Shown: in pieces, positions 48,377-60,315 of the stretch
Numbering within the stretch: the first letter of the stretch is position 1
How the letters are laid out: each line of letters starts with the position of its first letter
Assembly: GCA_965178125.1 (NCBI GenBank)
Contig: OZ237759.1
Location: 124,001-188,000, forward strand
Source of the DNA: Bilabrum cf. latius
Lineage: Eukaryota
Direction of reading: 5' to 3'
Length of the DNA: 64,000 bases
Notes under the pieces: generated by a model
Told to the model about the DNA's origin: nothing
The model's database searches: none
Seen by the model: only the letters and a program-made list of their open reading frames with translations
Made by a program: the position numbers and the translations under genes

Positions 48377-48490
48377 TCAAAGCCCGAGCTTCTTGTATTC
48401 CTTTAGTTTTTCGTGTAATTTTTTCCAAATACGTGGATTAATTTGCTTGACAATATGCTCTATCATCAACTCCTTTAAAAATGGGTTCAT
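48377..48490 (-). CDS. Very small virophage ORF (37 aa)
   Basis: ATG directly after CTATAGTAA; MNPFLKELMIEHIVKQINPRIWKKLHEKLKEYKKLGL. Confidence 0.4.
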   Translation of the reverse strand: MNPFLKELMIEHIVKQINPRIWKKLHEKLKEYKKLGL

Positions 48491-48638
48491 TTACTATAGT
48501 GATATAGAATGGTCTTAATTATCATCTCTTGGGAAATCCAATCTTTGAAAAAGATATCAAAAGAGCGGAGGGCAAAGCCCGAGCATCTTGGAAAATTAAT
48601 TTTAATATTTCTTTGTATCCTATATTGTCAAAATTTTT

Positions 48639-49463
48639 CAATCAATTTTTGTGTTTTTAATTGGAAAACAATTATAATTTGTTTTTTATTTTCCTTTTAA
48701 TTTTTATGGTGGCATCATAGGAATTACAACATTTAATTTTAATCTTTGAAAAAGATATCAAAAGAGCGGAGGGCAAAGCCCGAGCATCTTGGGAACTTAA
48801 TTTATTTTTTCTAAGTCTCTTATAATTGACCTGTAAAATCTCTCAATTTTTGGGGGACTTTTCCAAAGGGACTTAAAATACGTTTTCGTTTTCCTTATAA
48901 TGTATCATCTCTTGGGTAATCGGTTTGGTTGCTTCGGAGAACAATTTAGTCGCTTGGGAAATCCTTGGGAAATCCTTGGGAAATCCTTGGTCGGTTCATC
49001 GGTCGGTTCATCGGTCGGTTTATCGGTTTGTCGCTTGGGAACATACCTCGGTCTCTTGATAAAATACCTTGTTCTCTTGGGGAAATCCTCGGTTGGTCTC
49101 TTGGTCTCTTGGGAATTCATCCTTCCGTTCCTACAGCAAACACAGAGATATTTTGGACACTTGGTTAATTTCTTCATTTTTTCCTACTTTACTAAAACAT
49201 CTCTGTCTTTGCTGTTAGAGTTTATAAGGGGGTTAAATATTAGAATTCTTCAATTTACCCCTACTTCGTAGGAGTAAATTTTATATCTGAAAATGGGTAC
49301 ATAGAGGGGTTCTATAGGGGTTCTTGGGGAACCCCCTGTGAAATCATTTAGGTTTATAGGGGAAACACTTGAGTTGCTAAATATGCCTTTAAAGGAGGGG
49401 CGAGCGTAGCGTAGCCCTCGTCCTAAACGCTTGGTGTACCTACCACCACCTGTTGTCCCCCCC
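48639..49463 (-). repeat. Right terminal inverted repeat (~0.83 kb; an extra module copy lies at ~48539-48590)
   Basis: Reverse complement of the left end; terminates CCTACCACCACCTGTTGTCCCCCCC. Confidence 0.9.
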
Positions 49464-49468
49464 CCATG
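49464..49468 (+). repeat. Right target-site duplication (CCATG)
   Basis: Matches 32291-32295. Confidence 0.85.
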
Positions 49469-50039
49469 TTCGGAGACATCAGTTTCGATATCTCGCGAAC
49501 GAAGCCTCAATACCCCCCCAAACTTTACAATTTCATCGTAAACTATTCGACTCAAATCTGATGATGCGTACAAACGTTCAGTTGGCCGTACAGAGTAGGA
49601 AAAAACAAGCAGGCAATCATTTGACCCAGCGTAGCTTACCCAAAGCGATCCTCCTGTACTGCTCCTCCTCAGTTTCAGCAGACACAGCGGCGACAGCGCA
49701 TGCAAAGGCAAACATAGCGGCTTGAACCTTCATGATAGTCTCCGGCTGTTATTGTGCTGATAGCCCATGCGCGAACCGTATGGTATTGGAGATAATCACA
49801 CACAACTAATGACAGCCTGCTGAGCTGAGCAGTGAGCTCGACCAGGCCACCAGGGGGAAAGGGGTCCCCAGGGTGGAGCTTAGGTGGGTTAGGCCATTGC
49901 AGCTGAAGTGGGCCTGGTTCCAGATTTGGGGAGAACATGCCTCGTAACAGGGTGCGCTATTGATTTCACAAAATATCAGATGGCCCCCCGAGCAGCACAA
50001 AACTTCCGAGAAGAGTGGCTGCAATCATAATGGCATGGC

Positions 50040-51557
50040 TCATGCCTCGATCCAGTCGGCTGCCCTCTGCCCCGCGAGCATACCTGCGGCCCACAGCCAG
50101 ACCCCCGCCGAGCCGCTCGCCAGCGCCATGAGGCCGGGGCCGGGGCACACACCCGACAGGCCCCAGCCCAGCCCGAACAGCCCCGCACCCACAATCAGCT
50201 TCCCGTCGATCCGAGTAGTGGTCGGCAGCTGGTACACCGGCCGCAGCCAGGGGTGCGGCTGGACTGCGTCTCCATCAGCGCCATCAGCACCATCAGTACA
50301 GCGCGCATCGCTAGCGTCGAGTTGAGCCCCACCCGATGCACCGTTACTCGCGTCACCAAGGCGCACATGCCCAGCGAGCGCATCCGTTTTCCTTGCATGC
50401 TACGCCTTCTCCCAGGCCCTCTGCTCCCGGAGCACGCCCTGGAACACCGGCAGGCTCACCCCCGCCGCGCCCCCCATCACGAACGCGAGAGACGGGTCCC
50501 AGCCCCCGGGGTGCATCACGTCCAGAAACGACATCACTTTGACCGGGTTGGCCATCCCGCTCACGATGAGCCCTCCCCCGAACGCCAGCCCAAGGCCATA
50601 AGACACGGCGGTGTCTGCGAAGGCCCGTCGTCGCATGAACTCGCGCGTCACTGGCGACAATTCCGGCCCGCTTGCTTCTCCCTCTCGCCGCCGTTCTTCC
50701 TCTCCGATCACCGTCCCCGCCCCGGCATCCGCCCCGATGCCACCCAGCATCGCCCGTGCGTCCCTGTGCGCGAGGTATGCGAGCCAAGCGGACATGGCGC
50801 CCACTGCGGCAGGGGCAGCCACCCCCAGGGGCACCTGGGCCAGGCTGGGGCTGTACTGCACGCTGGATGCAAGCACATCCTGCGCCACAGCCGCGCCTTC
50901 GCTCGCCCCATCGCCTTGTCCTCCTCGCCCCACAGCAGCAGCTGCAGCAGCCGCCTCGTCCTGCAGCAGCCCCTGCACGGCTTGCCACTCCGGGTCTTGG
51001 TCAGGCACCGATCCGCCTCGAAGCAAAGGCCGAAGCGCGTCGATGTGCTGGGCGCCCCATGCGGAGACGGATCCTGTCGCCATGAACGAAGCGACTGCGG
51101 CAGCAGATCGAGGAGACAGGCGGGCGAGGCCGCACACCCCGTGACCGCTCGTGCAGCCGCTCCCGAGCCGTGTTCCCACCCCAACCAGGACGCCACCAAC
51201 AAGCAGACCAAAATTAGAGATGTGATACTCGCTCATTGGGCCGAACACTGCATCGGGGGCGATCGCCCCGGCCGCTGCTCCGGCTCCAAGGAGGCCTCCC
51301 ATGAACGCTCGCCGCCAGCCAGGTGATGCATCCGCGGGATCGAGCCCACCCACAGCTTTTCGCGGGTTCACAATACCTCGATGTAGAATGCCCGATATAC
51401 CCGCTACTCTGCCTGTTGAACGAAGTTTCAGTGCGGCTGTTCCACCAATCAGCGCGCCGCCAATCGTCGACGCCACAATCGACATGTGTGGCGACAATGA
51501 TGCTGATAGCGCTGCTGGAGCGGTCGCTAATAGCTCCAGCATAGCATACGAAGCCAT
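50040..51557 (-). CDS. YeeE/YedE-family sulfur (thiosulfate) transporter with two fused halves
   Basis: [49 protein letters not shown] and [18 protein letters not shown] at 50400; ends at TGA. Confidence 0.85.
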
Positions 51558-52014
51558 AATGCTAGAAACTCGGTCTAGTTGCTGGCTTCGGTGCACAGAG
51601 AGATCCGGATGCGTGCTGCTGACAAAAACCGGAAGAGATTCAGGTCAGCTGATCGACGAAATTAGGTAGTCTACAATTAGGTGAAACGGGCTCGACTGCG
51701 ATGGCGACCAGATACATACAGAGCTGTGTGCAGGCTTCCTGTTTGTTGGCTTTCGCCGGCATTGGTCCAAGATCCGCTACACTCACCGCACTAAGCCGTT
51801 AACACTGAACCTTTTAACCTTGGCAAGAACCGCAATGATAATCAATTGCAGTGCAGCTATTATGCTCGCTGCACGCAACGAGAGGTCAGTACAGGTGGCT
51901 CAACTTGCCGAAAGGGTGTTGGCGCCGCGCCGCTCACGAATGGAATTTACGGAACCAACCGCTGGACTGGGACCTATCTGCAAGTTGTGCAGTAGCCGTT
52001 GAAGTCGGCACCAA

Positions 52015-54825
52015 ATGGGCCCAGGAAGCCTCTGCGTGTTAGGAGCTTTTATGTGTGCGGCGATTGGCGCCAAATCGTCTCCCTTACCGCCCTGGAGGAA
52101 TTGGACCCTGCCGATCGAGGACAGGATCCAAGATATCGTCTCTCGCCTGACGCTCGAAGAAAAAGTGCAGAATCTTGAGGGCCATGCACCTGGTGCGCCC
52201 CGACTGAACCTGTCTGCGCATTCTTACGCGCACGAATGCCTGAGAGGAGACGTGTCGGGCAAGTCAGGCACGGGCTTCCCGCAAGCCATTGGATTAGCCG
52301 AGAGCTGGAGCACGCAGATCATGCTCCTGGTGGCTCGTGCATCCGCCGATGAAATCAGAGCCAATTACAACACGGATCGGGCCTCCAACCCGGGGGGCAG
52401 CACCGGTCTCAGCTGCTTCGCACCCGTGGTGAACCTGTGCCAGAACCCTCTGTGGGGCCGCTGCCAGGAGACGTACGGGGAGGACCCTCACCTGACATCG
52501 GAGCTGGCTTACTCGTTTGTGCGTTGGATGCAGTTCAACGACGCGGTTTCGATCGAGTACCCCGAGCTGCTGACCATAGTGAAGCACTTCGCGGTGTACG
52601 CCGGGCCGGAGGGGTACTCCTTCACCTTCTCGCCTCAGGCGGAGCGGTTCGGGTTCGATGCGGTTCTCTCCGAGAGAAGGTTCCGCGAGGACTTCCTGCC
52701 CGCTTACCGGGCTACCATCGAGGCGGGGGCCGTGGGCGTGATGGCGAGCTACTCGGCCATCACACTGACGGGCAACCGCTCCCTGTCCATGACCAACCTC
52801 CCCTCCAGCATCAACAGGCCGCTGCTGCAGACGGTGCTGCGGGAAGAGCTCGGCATGGAGAAGAAGGGAGGGTACGTCATCTCGGACGCGGGGGCCGTGG
52901 TGTTCGCCTACCACGCTGTGGGCCAGGGCCACGATGTGGTCAAGAGCCCCGCCCAGGCGGCCGAGAGGGCCATCGAGGCGGGCCTCGACATCGAGCTCAC
53001 CTGCTGCGGGGCCCCGCAGGTGTTCCCTCTGCTGGTGCAGGCCGTCAAGGAGGGCCGCATCAACGAGAGCACCGTGGACCGCGCCCTGTCCCGGGGCCTC
53101 AGGGAGTAGTTCCGGCTTGGCGTGCTGGACCCGCAGGAGGCGCCCAGCCAGCAGCTGCAGCGCTTCAACGACCTCACCACCGCCAACACGGTCGAGTCTG
53201 AGAAGCACAGGGAGGTTGCCCTGCGGGCGGCGAGGGAGGGGCTGGTCCTGCTGCGCAACGGAGGGGCCGGGGGCACCCTGCGGTGGAGGAGGCAGCGGCT
53301 CGTGCAGGGGGGGTCGGTGGAGAAGGCTGCCGGCAGCGGGCCGTGGGGCGCCTCCGCTGACGCCATCCCTTGGGACCCCAACGGCATGCAAGGGAAGCGA
53401 GTGTGCGTGGTGGGTCCCCTTGCAAATGACTCTGCTGCCCTGATGGGCGACTACCACCCGAAGCCCTCCAGGACCATCTACACGCCGTACCTGGGGTTGC
53501 AGCGGAGGCTGCAGGAGCTGGGCACGGGGGCGGAGGCGGTGCTGGCCGTGGGGTGTTCCGACTACACGTACTGCCCCGTAGTGGACGATGCAGCGGTGAA
53601 GAAAGCCGTTCAGTCGTGCGACCGCACCGTGCTGGCGCTCGGTCTCTCGGCCCGCTCCATGAGTCCCAACACAACGAATGCTTGCGGGTGCCCCAAGGGA
53701 GACGCGGTAGAGGGCGAGTGCTGCGACAGGTACGCCGTCGGGCTGCCCGGCATGCAGGGTCACCTGCTGGACATCGTGGTGCAGGCAGCGGCGGGCGCAA
53801 GGACCCCACACCACCCAGTGCTCTTCGCCAACTCGGCGGGCATGCTGGACCTCGCCTCAGTGCTGGAGCCGGGGCCGGGGCCGGGCACCGTCCCGGTGGA
53901 TGGGGGCGGGCAGGGCGTGGCGGCTGTTCTCCATGGTGCGTTCCTGGCCGAGGCAACGGGCCTGGCCCTTGCTGATGCAGTGCTCGGGCAGGGCGCCCCC
54001 AGCGGGAGACTGGCCACCACCTGGTACAGGGATATCGCGAGGGCCCCCGGGATCAAGAACTACACATGGGCCGACCGGGGCTACAAGAGCGCGCCGGAAG
54101 ACAACATAGCCGTTGAGTTCGGGTTCGGACTGACGGGGTACGGCGTGGGGGCTCGTTATGAGGACGTGTTCCTGTACCCCTACAAGGTATCCGCTCGCCG
54201 CTCCTTGCTCGGGGAAGAAGGCCAAGAGGTGCCATTGCCACCGGCGCTCATGGGCGGCAAGCAGCAGGTAGCGCGGGAGCTACGCGAGGGGACGTAGCGT
54301 GACTAGGGGGTGGCGGAGGGCCCCTGGGCGCCGGGCGCAGGCTCGGGGGCGAGGGCAGCTCGTTCCGGCTCCGAGTCCCCCGTACCGATCGATGCATGCA
54401 TGGCTGTGGGGTGGACCCTGCGGCTGTGCACGGATGACCCCGAGGCGGAAGTGATGGAGGCGGTGCAGGTGTACATGGTGGGCAACCACAGCGCTCCGGG
54501 CGGTGTGACGAACGGGCGCGGTCGCCTGGTGGACTTTATGAAGTCTAGTCTATCGACGCAGTGCGCCATGTTTGCGAGCCAGGTGCAGCCCGAGGCTTTG
54601 GCCGTGTTGCGAGAGAGCGATTTCGAGCGGGTGCTGGAGCCCGGGGTGAGGTGCCTGCGCTTCGGGGCCTCCTCTGGCGTACTGCACGGGTCGGGGCTGG
54701 TCGATGGGGATGTCAATGTATCTATGGAGCAGATGGCAGCTGAGGGGGCGGGCCTGGAGGCCTGCTTCGACCTGCAGACGCCCGACGGCAAGCCCGTGCC
54801 GCTGTCAAGCTGCGGAGCTGCCTGA
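52015..54825 (+). CDS. Secreted glycoside hydrolase family 3 (beta-xylosidase/glucosidase)
   Basis: Signal peptide, WGRCQETYGEDP, VKHF, VMASY, GYVISDAGA, EGLVLLRN and PSGRL; TAGs at 53107, 54295 and 54304; ends at TGA. Confidence 0.9.
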
Positions 54826-55096
54826 GCGAAGGAGGGGGTGCGCCGCCTCAGGCTGCAGTTTGATGTAGATGGTTGCTACATGCTGGCTCGCGATGCAAAC
54901 ACCCAGTGCTTCACACACCTTCTGGCCTTGTCGAAGGGGATTGAGATATGCAGGCACTCCAGCATGCAGTGCCTCCGCACTGCAACTGCAGCGCACTGAC
55001 CGCTGTCGTGGTTTGCTGCGCGGCCGAGATAGAGACGGGCAGTTTTCAAATATCTGCCTACGCCAAGGCAGAATATCTCTGCATACGTGGTATGCA

Positions 55097-56869
55097 ATGA
55101 TGCGTAAAGTCGTTTGTGTCCGTCAAAGTATGTTTGCGGGCTGTCGCATGGCGCCTACCACCACATTGGCTCGTTGGTTGTCCAGGAGTCCATCGCATAG
55201 GCAGCACACCTTTCCCAGCGTGACTAGGATCCTGAACGTGATCGACAAATCTGGTCTCAAGGATTGGGCGGTTTCCATGAGCATGTCAAGAATCAAGAAA
55301 GAATTGCTGAATGGTCCGCTGCCGCCCGCCGCAATTGCGAGCAGCTCTGTGCTGCCAGTCTCTGGCGGCAGCAAAACGTCGGCACCGCTAGACTCCAGCG
55401 ATTCTTATACCAGTGGCTTTGATTTGGACGATATTGCCCTCGCTGAAGCAGCCGCAATGGAGGCAGCAACGGATTCTCGCTCCGACCCCGCCGTAGCCCC
55501 GCCGCGGCCTGCAGCTGCCAGTGCCGCCGGGCAAGAGAGCTCAAGGCGGCAGCCCGGCGCATCAGTTTCGATCGCGCTCAGCTCGGATTGGCTGGCACGC
55601 GCAGCGGACCGCGCTGTTGCCTTCCCCGACTCGATCCGGGACAACGCCGCGAGCCTGGGCAGCGCCGCCCACAACGTCATCGACGCTGTGATCCGGGGGG
55701 AGATCGCGACGGAGGACGAAGCCATGGCCAGGGCCGCAGAGGAGGACAAGCGCATCCGCAAGGAGGCGGGTTCTCGCCCCGCGAACACGGGGGGCAACGG
55801 TCGGCTGCCTGCATCGCTCCCTCGGCGGGGGGGTGTCTCCAACTGCGTGCGCAGCTTCTTCCGGTGGAGGGCGGCCTCGGGGGCAAGACTGGTGCCTGCG
55901 GGGGACTCGGCCGTGTGGAGCTGGCTGTACGGATACGGTGGGTATCTGGACTGCGTGGTGCTGCACGGGCGCGAGGGAGGGGGAGAGCGAGAGCGAGAGC
56001 GAGAGCGAGAGGGAGAGGGAGAGTCGGCGGTGGTGGTGGAGCTGCCCGGGCTGGGCGCCAAGATCTCGCTGGCCCCTCCAATAGAAGTGCTGGAGCTCAA
56101 GTGCACCACGAGCATCCACGACTCGTACGCGCTGCAGCTGGCTGCCTACGGGCACGCCCTCCGCGAGATGATCGTGGCGGAGGCAGGGGCGGCTCTCGTC
56201 GCCAGGGCGGGGGAGAGAGGGGAGGCAAAGGTGGTGCAGGCGATCGCGGAGGCATTGGGGGGGTCCGGTGTGTCTAGCAAGGACCCTGCAGTTGGTGTGG
56301 GTGCCGGAGATAAGGACGAGGAGGACGAAGACGTGGCGCGGGCAGTGAGCGGGCTAATCGGATCGCTGTCTGAGAGCACCAAGATCGGGCCGGGCCTGCT
56401 GCGACTCGACGAGCCGCTGCCGAGCAGCGAGGTGCCTTTGGTTGCACTGCACTGCAGCGGCTAGGCCCCAGTCCGCGCGATGGGCGTGGGGTGGAGCGAT
56501 GAAGCTCAGTCGTCGGGCCGGGCGGCGCTCTCGAGGGCCACGCGGGGGCTGCTGCGGTCGCTGCTAGGCCATGGAGCGGCAGCAAGTGGATCCGGTGAGG
56601 CGGCAGATGATGGCAGCGAGTCACCCCTGCACCTGAGGATCCCCGTGGGTATTGGCGGCAGGGTGGTCCGGCTGGATAGGGGAGGGGGTGCCGCAGAGGA
56701 CGTCACAGTGGAGGAGGCCTCCCGCGCGCTGGAGGGGTTCAAGGCGGCGGCGCTGCTGGGGGACGTGCTTGGCGTCCTCCGCAGCAGCAAGCAGGCGGCC
56801 GCGGAGGAGCAAAGGGAGGGGGAGGGAGAGGGGCCCAGGCCACTGGTGAGAAGAACCAAGGTGGGGTGA
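55097..56869 (+). CDS. PD-(D/E)XK exonuclease, MGME1/phage-exonuclease-like, probably mitochondrial
   Basis: FPSVTRIL..LKDW, GSAAH, GGYLDCV, LELKCT and YALQLAAY; Arg-rich N-terminus; TAG at 56462. Confidence 0.7.
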
Positions 56870-57020
56870 CCCATCCGGCTGGTTCGGTGGGGGGTGGTGT
56901 AGTCTAGCGGGGTCCGGGCCTGTGAAGGTGGCCATGCACTATCCCTACCCCACCTCCATGAATTGCACAGTTTGTTGTCTACATCCAGATCCATGTTGAT
57001 CCAACACTGTCTATCTGCAT

Positions 57021-59945
57021 TCATGTCACGATTTCGAGCAGCTATGTCACCCTGTCCAGCAGGCCCCCCATGTCAGGGTGTGCCGACTGCACCTCCTCCA
57101 GCAAGGCCCTCACCTCGGCCACCTCCTGCTCCGCCTCGTCCACCGCCCTCTCAACCGCTTCGAAGTCCTCCTCGGACTCGCCCAGTGGGGCCCTCGTCCC
57201 ATCCGCAGCTGCCCTCAGAGCCGCGGCCATGGCCTGCATGGCCTCGGCCTTCTCCACCTCCCGCTGCCTGTCGTAGAGCAGCGAGTTCACGTCGGCCTGC
57301 CTCTCATCGCACTGCTTCTCCAAGCCCTCCACCTCCCCCATGCGCCGGGCGGCCTCCTGCTCCGCCTTGCCCTTCTCCTCCTCCTTCTCCTCCACCGCCG
57401 CCCGGTACCCCTGCAGCTCCCTCCTCTTGGTCTTCACCTCCTTCTTCTTCCCCTTGGCCGCCTTCTTGGCCTCGCCCAGAGTAAGGCCGGCCCCGTGTCC
57501 TCCCATGAGCCTAGCCGCCGCTCCACCCTTCTTGGTCCCACCTCGCGCGGTGCCTCCCCCTAGCGTAAGCCCGCCCGCCTTCTTCCCCTTGACCCCCTTG
57601 GCTGCGGCCTTGGCGCCCCCGGTGGCCGCGAACTTGGTAGCGATGTCCTCCCGCTTGGACACGGCCCGCTCGATCTCGTGCAGCAGTTTCCGCTGCTCCC
57701 TCTGCAGCTCCTCCAGCCTCAGCTTCATGCGGTGGATCTCCTTGGTCATCTGGGCGATCTCGCCCTGCCCCACGCTGGGGTCCAGTGCCGCCTGCAGCTC
57801 TTTCTCGAGCGTGATCTTCTTTTCCAGAGCAGCGGCCTGCCTCTCGCACTCGAGAGTGTCCTCTAGAAGCTCGGCCCTCGCTTCCTTGACCTGCGCCACC
57901 TTGCGCTCCGCCTCCACAAAGGCCTTCTCCGCCTCCTTGAGCTCCTCCGCAAAGTCCGACTCGGAGGCGTAGGCGCCCTCCCTCAGCTTCTTGCTCAGCG
58001 CCTCGTTCTTGGACACGAGCTCGCTGATCCTCGTCATGTCCTCCCGCATCCTCTCGATCCCAGCGCGCAGCTCGGCAGCTTCTCTTCGCTGGGCTTCCAC
58101 CTCTTTCTCCAACCGGATGCGCTTGCGGTCCAGCAGCATGCGCTGCGTCTTGAGCTCGCGCTCCTTGGCCGTCATGTCCTCTATCTTGGAGGCAGCCGAT
58201 ACCATGGACGTCTGCTCCTGCAGCCATCGCTTCTGCAGGTCCTCCGTCTCCTGCCTCACCTGTGCGATCTGCTTGCCCGTGTTGTGGATGGCCGCGTGCA
58301 AGGGCCCCATGTGTTCCTCCTCGGGGAGGGCCGCCACCAGCTTCTCGTACTTGCGGTTGAGCCTGTCCATGGTGGACATCTTCTTCTCGATCGCGTCGTT
58401 CCGCTGCCGGATCTCCATCTGGTACCGCGCGGCCAGCGCCTCCTTCTCCTTAACCTCCTCCTCGGCCTTCTGCAGCTCCACCTTGAGGCCCTCGGCATGC
58501 GCCGCGCGGTGCAGCTTGTCCAGCTGGATGCGCTCCATCTCGTTCTCGATGCCCGCCAGCTCCTGCTCCTTCTGCCGCACCAGCTCCATGATCTTGCGCG
58601 CGTCCCGAGAGAGGTTGCGGGCCGCCTTGCGCGCCGTCACCTGCGCATTTTCGTCCTCCTCAATCCCTGCGTCCGCGTCCCGGATCCGTTTCTCCACCAG
58701 GTCCTTCTTCCCGTCCGCCTCCCGCAGCTGCCTCCGCAAGCCCTCGGCCTCTTTGACCAGCCTGTCCACCTCGGCGTCGGCGCTGTCCAGGGACCCCTGG
58801 AGGATCTCCTGCCGCTGCACCACCTCTTCCCTCTTCCTGGCGGCCTCCTCGAGGGCCCGGATGCAGTACTCGATCTGCGACTGCTCCCTCTCCAACACTG
58901 CTGAGAGCTTGGCGTGCTCCTGCTGGGCCTCCCTGATGCGCTTGCGGCAGTTCCCCTCTTCCGCGTCCAGGGACTGATACGCCTCCTCCTGTTCCCTGAT
59001 GGCCTTGAGCGTCCCCCCCAGGGCCTCGTCCCTCCTCTGCTGCTCGAGGACGGTGCTCTTCCACTCCTGCAGCAAGCGGGCCTTCTCCCGTGACACCACC
59101 TCCATCTCCTTGGTGGCCTCTAGGAGAGTGGCCTCCGCGGCGGCGGTCTCCTCCTTCTGCGCGCGGATCTGGCCGTCGTACAGCGCCACCTGCTCCCCTA
59201 GCCTCTGGATTCGCCCGTTGAGCACGTCAATCATCTCGTCCTGCTCGCTCTTGGCCTTCTCAGCCTTGCCCGCCTCCTCCTCCGCCTTGTAGGCAGTGCG
59301 CCGCTTCAGAGCCACCTCCGCCTCCACCTCCTCGTTGAGCTTGCCGGCCTGCCGCAGCGTGTCGTGGATGCCTTCCAGCTTGCTAGCGAACTCCTCCAGC
59401 TTGGCCTGCTGCTCCTGCAGCTGCTGCCGGCGCAATCGGATCCCTTTTCGGAATTCCTCACGGTCGGCCTCTACCTTTGTGCGCACCCTCTAGATGGCTT
59501 CTGCACTTTTCTGCGCAGAATCTAGCTCTCCCTGCAGCTTTGCTAGCTGCTGCTGCACGCCATACAGCTCGACGCCAGTGTCCTCCCTGGCTTTCTTGAG
59601 CCTATCAGCGTCTTCCTTCTTTTCTCTCAGCTGAGCCATGATGCGGTCTCTTCGCTTCTCTACCTATTTGTGAAGCACCTACTGCACCCGCTGCATCTGT
59701 GGCGCATCGGCTAGCCCTTCTCGGATTCGCAAGGCCTCTTCGTCCAAGTCCTCATCAGAGTCCGAGTCACCCGCCCCTCCTCTCGCCTGTCCCATCCCTG
59801 CATCATGATAACCACCATCATCGCCACCATAGGCACCTCCCATGCCCATGTCAACACCAGGAGGGCCGTATCCATCGCCTCCGTCGTCACCAAAGGCGTG
59901 TGCTGCATCCCCGGCTCTGCCGGCGCCCTACTCCGGGCCAGCCAT
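57021..59945 (-). CDS. CCDC40: Coiled-coil domain-containing protein 40 (axonemal ruler)
   Basis: REDTGVELYGVQQQLAKLQ, WLQEQT, LEKKITLEKE and GQGEIAQMTKEIHRMKLR; several TAGs near the 5' end; ends at TGA. Confidence 0.85.
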
Positions 59946-60315
59946 ATGTGAGCACTAAGGCGGATAGAATCAATAAACTAAATATGTGTGTGCTGGCAGT
60001 CTGCGTCTCGAATGGCACGCAGCTGAGAGCTGGTATCCGTTGCCAATAAACAAGATTTTATTGTCGGCCTGCACGCTACCTCAAGCACGGTCGCAAAATT
60101 GACGATTTAAAAGGGCACGTCTGTGGACTGTGAGTGATGTCCGGGCTTTTAGTTGTCACTATTTTAAATATGTTTATAGATAGCGACCTTAAAGTTGATG
60201 AAGTAGACTGAATACCTTTGATTATGTCCGTCCTAGTCGCAGCTTGTCCTTTCACATCAAACGGTGTTGAAACTAATCGAGTCAAATGCGATCTGTAGTT
60301 CTATGGTAGGATAGA

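Larger units (their letters stand above)
32296..49463. mobile_element. Endogenous mavirus-like virophage (provirophage), 17,168 bp, apparently intact under TAG=Gln
   Basis: Abrupt switch to AT-rich DNA; G7 and C7 termini with long inverted repeats; CCATG duplicated on both sides; integrase, helicase, pPolB, MCP, penton, ATPase and protease genes. Confidence 0.95.

Noticed and set aside
33418-48490. The AT-rich island as a decayed, pseudogenised viral relic or bacterial contaminant
   Set aside because: Interruptions are TAG only, frames are preserved, catalytic motifs are present, and the TIRs and TSD join cleanly to host DNA that shares the same code.
32296-49463. Classification as a Polinton/Maverick or polinton-like virus
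   Set aside because: Integrase, pPolB and TIRs are shared with polintons, but the ~590-aa MCP and the penton motifs look virophage-type. An HMM search is needed to make this final.
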